Origin: a virus
DNA: 64,000 nucleotides
Virus record (IMG/VR): IMGVR_UViG_3300005541_000007
Location: 16,386 to 80,385 of that record
Reading direction: 5' to 3' (one strand)
Of the stretch, positions 57,681 through 64,000 are shown piece after piece (position 1 is the stretch's first letter; each line of letters begins with the position of its first letter). A program made the translations under genes and the position numbers. A model generated the notes under the pieces. It made no database searches and was not told the DNA's origin. It was given only the letters and a program-made list of their open reading frames with translations.

Positions 57681-57825
57681 ACTAGAACACGTTCAAGAAC
57701 TTATACTTGAACTTTCACTTTTAACAGAAAATAATAAAGAATCTCCTAGAATTAATGAAATTAAAAATCCAACCGTTAAAACTACAAGTTTACTTTGTAC
57801 TATGCTGGAAGATAATGAAAAATAA
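57670..57825 (+). pseudogene. Stranded original 5' end of the gene now starting at 58485
   Basis: MKIKLEHVQELILELSLLTENNKESPRINEIK aligns with MKTRIDDLRDNIVLLAFLTEDKQDEEGIKKLKEIR. Confidence 0.55.
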
Positions 57826-58504
57826 TATTCCTACAAAATCAGGAATATATCAATGGAGAAATTTAATAGATGGTAGAATTTATGTAGGTTCTGCTTTAAA
57901 TTTTAGACAACGTAATTATTCCCATACTTCAGATTTAAATAGAAATAATCATAAAAATCAATATTTACAAAATGCATGGAATAAGTACGGTAAAGAGAAT
58001 TTTGTATTTGAAATTTTAGAATATTGTGCATCTACTTTTCTATTAGGTAGGGAACAATATTATATAAATTCATTAGAAGTAATGTATTATCAAAAAGGAT
58101 ATAATATTGCTCCACAAGCAGGAAGTAATTACGGTTTAAAATTTTCAGAAAAAGGAAGAGAAAATGTAAGTAAAGGACGTATCGGCAATAAAAATAGATT
58201 AGGAATACCACATACAGAAGATGCTAAAAAATTAATTAGTGAAAAAACTACGGGATTACCAAGTGCGTTAAAAGGCACAAAATTATCAGAAGAACACAAA
58301 GAAAAAATAAGTAGGCATTTAGAAGGAAATCAGTATGCAAAAGGATATAAACATTCTGATGAAACACGAGAAAAATTGCGCCAAGCTGCGAAAAATCGTG
58401 ATCCAGGAAAAGAAGCTTTAAGAAGAGAACGTTTAAGTTTAGCAACTAAAGGAAAACCTTGGTCAGCAGCAAGGAGAGCAGCACATGAAAACAAGAATAG
58501 ATGA
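57815..58504 (+). mobile_element. GIY-YIG homing endonuclease with NUMOD3 repeats
   Basis: SGIYQWRN...IYVGSA...R, LQNAWNKYG..NF.FEILE, REQYYI, GYN; HTED/SEEHK/HSDETR repeats. Confidence 0.9.
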
Positions 58505-59126
58505 TTTAAGAGATAATATAGTTTTATTAGCCTTTTTAACCGAGGATAAACAAGATGAAGAAGGTATTAAAAAATTAAAAGAAATTCGATTAGATATTCA
58601 GGATAATTTTAGAGAATACTATAATGCACTTCTTAGAAATGAACTTCAAGAAATTGAAAGTATAACAGATATATCATTTCATCAATACTCTGAAATAGAC
58701 ATTAATTGTACTATTCCAAATATTCCTCAACACGAGTTAAATAGAGAAACATTAGAAAAAATAGACCGTGAACTTGTAAAATCATACAATAGTATTAGCG
58801 GAGCGTATGCTGAATCAAAAGCAATATTAACTAATTGGACTTCAAAATTAGATAGATGTGAAAGAATTTTCCGCGCCCTCACAGGTTTTCAAACCGCTAC
58901 TAAATCAAAAGCACTTTTTGATGCTACATTAAGTAGAACATTAACGCAAAGATATGATGAACTATCTTATTATGTAACATTATTTGAACAGCGTATTAAA
59001 GGATTGGTAACTACAAAGGAACTACTAGGACAAATGGTTCAACTCTATATTTCAGATATTAAAAACGAGAATTTTACATCAAAAAGCGGACTAAAAACTC
59101 ACGAAACTAGACATTTTGGACACTAG
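58485..59126 (+). CDS. Helical protein, possibly UvsY-like recombination mediator
   Basis: Coiled-coil; upstream of SSB and RecA. Confidence 0.4.
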   Translation: MKTRIDDLRDNIVLLAFLTEDKQDEEGIKKLKEIRLDIQDNFREYYNALLRNELQEIESITDISFHQYSEIDINCTIPNIPQHELNRETLEKIDRELVKSYNSISGAYAESKAILTNWTSKLDRCERIFRALTGFQTATKSKALFDATLSRTLTQRYDELSYYVTLFEQRIKGLVTTKELLGQMVQLYISDIKNENFTSKSGLKTHETRHFGH

Positions 59127-59207
59127 TTGTGGTATACTACATAAGTAGTTTGAACTACAACCTATAAACAGTATCGGATGATACGCTATTAAGGATAAAA
59201 ATATAAC

Positions 59208-60128
59208 ATGCCATATAAAGCACCACAAAACACTACGTCAATTGCAGCTAATAGCTCCTATTCCAAAAACACTAATCCTTATGGATTAATTCCCAATGAT
59301 TATGCACACGATCTTGATGATAAGATTCGTTTTCGTATTCTATCGCTAGAAGCCGATCAAGGTAGAACTATTTGGGGAAAGAAACTTGAAATGCAGTCTA
59401 AAAAGACTGGAAAAGTTTTCTCTAAGCTTCTAGAAACTTCACTTTTGCAGGGTGATCCTAATACTCCCGGTCAAAACCTTACATTAAAGGAAAATAACCT
59501 TAATCAGCTTCCAAATCAAGGTGATGATCTAAAGAGTTCGTGTTATTACCGAATTCCTGCTTGGATTTATTCTGTAAAGAATAAGAAGGGTGATGATGTT
59601 TGTGATAAGGATAATAACCCTTTGATTGAAGAAGGCGGTATGCTTATGTACCTTCAACTTTCTTGGGGATTATTTGATACTATCGTTAATAAGCTTGCCG
59701 AAGATAAGAATGTTGACTTTACTTTTAATGAAAAGACAGGACTCCCCGATTATGATATTGTAATTCATCGTGCAGGTTCTAAGTTAGATACTTGGGATAT
59801 TTACGGTGTCTATATGCAAGATGATAAGAAGACTATTGATCCACATTATGGTAAAGAAGTTCCAGTTGTGCTAAAGAAGCATATGGAAAACATTGATCTA
59901 GAATGGGATGATCTACAAGAATCAATGAATGATTTTATGTCTCAAGAAGAGATTAATAAGACAATCAATTACTCTCGTGGTAATAAGTCTGGTGGACGTA
60001 CTGCTATGGCTTCACGTCCTACTGATAATTCTGCTGAAGATGTAGAAGTTGAAGAAATTGATGATAATGCGGCTGATGAAACCGTAGAAACTCCTGTGCG
60101 AACAAGCAAGTTTAGGAGCCGAAAGTAA
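59208..60128 (+). CDS. Single-stranded DNA-binding protein (gp32-like)
   Basis: IRFRIL, YDIVI.R.G.KLDT pattern; acidic C-terminal region; next to RecA. Confidence 0.55.
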   Translation: MPYKAPQNTTSIAANSSYSKNTNPYGLIPNDYAHDLDDKIRFRILSLEADQGRTIWGKKLEMQSKKTGKVFSKLLETSLLQGDPNTPGQNLTLKENNLNQLPNQGDDLKSSCYYRIPAWIYSVKNKKGDDVCDKDNNPLIEEGGMLMYLQLSWGLFDTIVNKLAEDKNVDFTFNEKTGLPDYDIVIHRAGSKLDTWDIYGVYMQDDKKTIDPHYGKEVPVVLKKHMENIDLEWDDLQESMNDFMSQEEINKTINYSRGNKSGGRTAMASRPTDNSAEDVEVEEIDDNAADETVETPVRTSKFRSRK

Positions 60129-60544
60129 TGGATAAATGGACAGTTTATTTCCTTGATACACCGTGTGAAGGATCAGATGAACAAGTTGAATACCTTGAAA
60201 ATACTTTTGATGAATATGCACACGATGATCTAGGAATGATTGAATTCGATAATAAGGAAGATGCAAGTATTTATCTGTACCGTAGATGTTATGGTCCTGG
60301 TGGAACGTGTAAACTTTCTGATTACCGTGTAACTAAAGTTGAAGCACCAAAACAAGTGTGGAAGACTTATTTGGTATTAGGTAGCGATCTATTAGAAACA
60401 GATAAGTTCTATGGAATTGTTCATAGGAATGGATCATTTTCTACTTGTACAGATACTAACGGTTTTCCTGTACCCGACAAATGTATCTATAGAAATAGGA
60501 GAAATGATGGTTATTACTTAGTTTCTCAGCTAGTCAATGAGTAG
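60128..60544 (+). CDS. Hypothetical protein
   Basis: Coupled ORF. Confidence 0.5.
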   Translation: MDKWTVYFLDTPCEGSDEQVEYLENTFDEYAHDDLGMIEFDNKEDASIYLYRRCYGPGGTCKLSDYRVTKVEAPKQVWKTYLVLGSDLLETDKFYGIVHRNGSFSTCTDTNGFPVPDKCIYRNRRNDGYYLVSQLVNE

Positions 60545-61646
60545 ACCAAAGAAATCAGCGGAGGTTGCACTGCAAAGTGTGGCCTCCGAATTAAAAGGAA
60601 TCGCAGGATTCTCTACAGCTACTTCGGTATTAAAACCAAAAGAGTTTATTTCAACCGGGTTTGATTCACTTGATGAAATGCTTTATGGTGGATTCCCCTT
60701 GCGTAAAGTAATTCATATCTCAGGTAATCCCTCACAAGGTAAATCTCTAATGTGCTATAGATTGACTGCTATGGCACAGAGACAGTATCCGAATAAATAT
60801 GTGGTCTATGTAGACACTGAATATTCTTATGACGCTGATTGGGCAACTAGACAAGGAATTAATAATTCTCAAGTCTTACTTGTACAAAATAATATTGCAG
60901 AAGAAACGCATAAGAAGATTGTAGACGCTATTAAATCAGACAAAGTTTCAGCAGTAATTCTTGATTCAGTGGGTAATGAACAAATTGAATCACAAAGTTG
61001 GATAGCTGAAAAGAGAAATATTCAACCAGGACAATTTGCTAAAGCTATTAAAGCATTGATGCTTGATGTAGTTCCGCTTATTCACGAAAAGGATGTATGC
61101 TTTGTAACTACAAATCAAATTTCTTCTAAAATAGGGGGCAATAATTACGGTCCAACCACAGATAATCCTGGTGGACATAATCTTAAACATAATATCCAAC
61201 TTAATCTTTCGCTTAGAAAGATTGAAGATGTATTAGACTCTTCTACTAAAGAAATTATTGGAGTTAAAGTTGCTGTTACGGTAAATAAGATTAAATATGG
61301 AGTAGTTTCTAAAACAGATGAATCAAACCATCCAATTTTTTATAATGATAATGGAATTGAGAAAGCTAGAGTATTAAATCTTTATGATGATGCGGTAAGA
61401 GCAGATATTGTAACAACAGGTACTTGGATTAAGGTACAAGATAAAAATCAAAATGTTTTGCTTAGAATGCAAGGACTTAATAAATTTAAAGAAAGATTTT
61501 TAGAACCAGAATTTTATAATGCAATCAAACAACTTATCAATGGATCAACCACGGTGGAGTTACCACCAGAGCCTATTACGGTCGCCAAAAGCAATGCAGG
61601 AAATGAAGAAGAGGAAAATCTCTCTTCCGACGATGAAGAAGTTTGA
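60537..61646 (+). CDS. recA: RecA/UvsX recombinase
   Basis: ISTGFDSLD..L.GGFP, GNPSQGKS, YVDTE, ILDSV, TNQ, PGGHNLKH. Confidence 0.92.
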   Translation: MSRPKKSAEVALQSVASELKGIAGFSTATSVLKPKEFISTGFDSLDEMLYGGFPLRKVIHISGNPSQGKSLMCYRLTAMAQRQYPNKYVVYVDTEYSYDADWATRQGINNSQVLLVQNNIAEETHKKIVDAIKSDKVSAVILDSVGNEQIESQSWIAEKRNIQPGQFAKAIKALMLDVVPLIHEKDVCFVTTNQISSKIGGNNYGPTTDNPGGHNLKHNIQLNLSLRKIEDVLDSSTKEIIGVKVAVTVNKIKYGVVSKTDESNHPIFYNDNGIEKARVLNLYDDAVRADIVTTGTWIKVQDKNQNVLLRMQGLNKFKERFLEPEFYNAIKQLINGSTTVELPPEPITVAKSNAGNEEEENLSSDDEEV

Positions 61647-62154
61647 AATAGGCTACTATATTGAAAATGAATTCAATAAGTTCTATGATCGAATAATGTT
61701 TCCATTAAGAGATATTAATGGAGACTTTATTACCCATCAAGGTAGAACACTTGTAGAAGATTTTAAAGCAAAAGGATTAAAGAAGTATCAACACGGTGAA
61801 TACGAGAAAAATAAGTATTTGTATGGTTTATATGATGTTGGGAGATTAATTAAAGAAAAAGGGTATGTAGTTTTAACAGAAGGACCGTTTGATGTGTTAG
61901 CAGCTTATGAGCAAGGTATACCCGCCGTGTCGGGGTTTGGTGTGACGTTTTCAGCCCACCAAGCCATGTTGACAGCGATGTACACTGATAAGGTATACTT
62001 GGCTTACGATGCTGATGAAGCAGGGCTAGGCGGCGCAAAGACAGCTAAAGCTAATTTAAAACCATTTTTACTAAAAGTAATTGATTTGAAACTAAAAAAA
62101 GATCTTAGCGATTTGCATATGGAGGATTATAATTTATGCCAACTAATTTCGTAG
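61540..62154 (+). CDS. DnaG-type primase catalytic (TOPRIM) domain
   Basis: F.IGY, FYDRIMFPL, QGR, KY, LYGL, VLTEGPFDV, YDADEAG, KDLSD. Confidence 0.85.
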   Translation: MDQPRWSYHQSLLRSPKAMQEMKKRKISLPTMKKFEIGYYIENEFNKFYDRIMFPLRDINGDFITHQGRTLVEDFKAKGLKKYQHGEYEKNKYLYGLYDVGRLIKEKGYVVLTEGPFDVLAAYEQGIPAVSGFGVTFSAHQAMLTAMYTDKVYLAYDADEAGLGGAKTAKANLKPFLLKVIDLKLKKDLSDLHMEDYNLCQLIS

Positions 62155-62603
62155 ACGCAGAAACCATTATACGCGGATATTACACTTTTATTGAATTTGT
62201 CCAAGAACAGATGCTTAAACATCCTTGGCTTAATCAATCTTACACACCATTTTTTAGTTTTACACCGGATAAACTGTACGGCATTACAAGAGCATTTTCA
62301 GAAGAACCACAAGAGTTAGAGGTAGATGGAATTAAACTAATTTATGCTTGGATTTTAGCATCACAAATTCTTTCACTAGTTTCTTATTTAGAATTAACAG
62401 ATGAAAGCGCGGAGCTACTTGCTAAAACATTAGGTCCACTTGCTGATAGAAATGGTGATGATGAAGTTACAAAGGTATGGGTAAAGGAAGTTAATAAAAC
62501 TTGGCGTAAATTTGCTGAAAGTACGTATAATTTGATTGATACATTGTTAGTAGCGGATATGGAAAAGGAACAAACACCAAAGATTTTGTTACCGGGAGAT
62601 TAA
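62136..62603 (+). CDS. Hypothetical protein
   Basis: GGAGG RBS. Confidence 0.5.
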   Translation: MPTNFVDAETIIRGYYTFIEFVQEQMLKHPWLNQSYTPFFSFTPDKLYGITRAFSEEPQELEVDGIKLIYAWILASQILSLVSYLELTDESAELLAKTLGPLADRNGDDEVTKVWVKEVNKTWRKFAESTYNLIDTLLVADMEKEQTPKILLPGD

Positions 62604-62604
62604 T

Positions 62605-63717
62605 ATGAAACAAATTCTTAGATTAACCTTAAATAACTTTGGCCCTGCTAAAGATTTAACCGTTGAATTTTCCCAACTTTCTTCTATTAGAGGACAAAAT
62701 TCTACTGGAAAGACTTTTTCAATTTTCAACGCGCTAGAGTGCGCCCTTCTTAACGAAGAATTCCCCGAACAATATATTAATCATAATGCTAAATTTGCTT
62801 CTATTAAAGTAGAATTTACTGATGGTTCTTATATTTTTAGAGAAAGAATCGGTAATAAGCAATCACTTACTCTTGGTGATAAGGATAACATCTTTTTCCA
62901 ATCTAAAGATAAAGTATCTGATTGCGGCGATATTGTAAGAAAGTTCACTCAATTTGATGTAGTTAAGTTTGATGGTAAAACACCAGAATCCCTACAATTC
63001 GTTCCTATTGATGCTGCACAAACATACCTTATCTCGGGGTTATCACCAGAAAACGTATTAAAGCGTATTTCTACTATTATGTGTGGTGGAGAACTAGAAC
63101 AGGTTTTACAGAAACTTATCTCTAGGATGCTCTCTAACACTAAGGAATATAATCTTAGGGTTCAAGACCTAAAACAATTACAAGAAGCCGCAGATAAGCA
63201 ATTTAACACCCTTCCGTATGCACAATATGTAATGGAAAAGCTTGATAAAGCAACAGAGGAAGTGCAGAAGGTAAGACAAGAACAAGAAGTATTAAACACA
63301 CTAATTAATACTTTTAATGAACTTGCCGGTATTGATGAATTACATGAAAATCTAGATGCTGTACAGTCTTATTTAGTAGACCTTGATGAATTTCAACAAA
63401 CTCTAGCAGGATATAGTGCAAATTTTAGTTATTTGAACACATTAATACAACGTGATTGCAATACTACATCATTAGATTCGATAGAAGACAGTTTATCTAC
63501 AGTAGAGCAATATTTCGATCAATTAAATTGTATTAAAGAAAAAGTAGAAGATGCAACTAATAATCTAAGAAGTCTAGAAATTTGGATTAATAACAGCAGA
63601 AAAAGTTTAGAGCAATTAGAATATTTAGAAATAGAAAAAATAGAAATACAAAAAGAAATAGATGAATATCAAGAAAAACAACCAGTATGTGAAAAGTGCG
63701 GGAGAATTTTAGAATGA
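62605..63717 (+). CDS. SbcC/Rad50-like ATPase N-terminal half with terminal zinc hook
   Basis: L.LNNF, Walker A GQNSTGKT, coiled coil, ends in CEKCG. Confidence 0.75.
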   Translation: MKQILRLTLNNFGPAKDLTVEFSQLSSIRGQNSTGKTFSIFNALECALLNEEFPEQYINHNAKFASIKVEFTDGSYIFRERIGNKQSLTLGDKDNIFFQSKDKVSDCGDIVRKFTQFDVVKFDGKTPESLQFVPIDAAQTYLISGLSPENVLKRISTIMCGGELEQVLQKLISRMLSNTKEYNLRVQDLKQLQEAADKQFNTLPYAQYVMEKLDKATEEVQKVRQEQEVLNTLINTFNELAGIDELHENLDAVQSYLVDLDEFQQTLAGYSANFSYLNTLIQRDCNTTSLDSIEDSLSTVEQYFDQLNCIKEKVEDATNNLRSLEIWINNSRKSLEQLEYLEIEKIEIQKEIDEYQEKQPVCEKCGRILE

Positions 63718-64000
63718 AAATTTACAATAGATTCGATTCAACAAAAGTAGTATTAGATTATCCTAGCGATAGTTTAGTCGGTGCTGATCTTCGCAATGCT
63801 GATCTTAACTATGCTAATCTTTACAATGCTGATCTTCACAATGCTGATCTTCGCTATGCTGATCTTCGCTATGCTGATCTTCGCAATGCTGATCTTCGCA
63901 ATGCTAATCTTCGCTATGCTAATCTTTACAATGCTGATCTTGGCTATGCTGATCTTCGCAATGCTGATCTTTGCAATGCTAATCTTCGCTATGCTTATCT
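63714..64000 (+). CDS. Pentapeptide-repeat protein, 3'-truncated
   Basis: A(D/N)Lxx repeats encoded by a 15-bp tandem repeat GCT(G/A)ATCTT... Confidence 0.9.
   Translation, partial: MKIYNRFDSTKVVLDYPSDSLVGADLRNADLNYANLYNADLHNADLRYADLRYADLRNADLRNANLRYANLYNADLGYADLRNADLCNANLRYAY

Noticed and set aside
57755-57814. Annotated N-terminal 20 aa of the GIY-YIG ORF
   Set aside because: The GIY motif position favours ATG 57815; the upstream part overlaps the stranded gene fragment.
63783-64000. CRISPR array
   Set aside because: Contiguous 15-bp units with no spacers, in frame within a pentapeptide-repeat CDS.
1-64000. Stop-codon reassignment
   Set aside because: Long conserved genes are intact in code 11, and TAA, TAG and TGA all terminate genes.
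1-64000. tRNA genes, integrase, introns or inteins
   Set aside because: No cloverleaf, recombinase or intein motifs were recognised by eye; the PolA insertion lacks intein termini. A tRNAscan/Infernal run would confirm.

Overview
AT-rich segment of a large tailed dsDNA phage genome, most likely a siphovirus: HK97-type head, long tape measure, tail tube and no sheath gene. Layout: (i) 1-12.7 kb accessory/late region with a GH-A glycoside hydrolase, a Ser/Thr/Gly-rich repeat fibre, 2 paralogous GT-A glycosyltransferases, 3 paralogous SAM methyltransferases, a Ycf45/SpoIIIAA-like ATPase, a dNMP kinase and holin-like genes; (ii) 12.7-13.3 kb non-coding origin-like region; (iii) 17.3-42.8 kb morphogenesis module (portal, enlarged prohead protease, major capsid, connectors, tail tube, frameshifted chaperone, tape measure, tail tip); (iv) 42.9-64 kb replication/recombination module (SF2 helicases, DnaB, split primase, UDG-PolA, GroES, SSB, RecA, SbcC-like). 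Most notable: a solo TnpB and a GIY-YIG endonuclease each appear to sit inside the 5' end of a phage gene, leaving the old N-terminus stranded upstream and supplying a recoded replacement N-terminus downstream. Also notable: a ~70-aa module found 7 times in four virion proteins, widespread leaderless promoters, AUU start codons, and several structured non-coding RNAs. All assignments come from motif recognition by eye; no searches were run.
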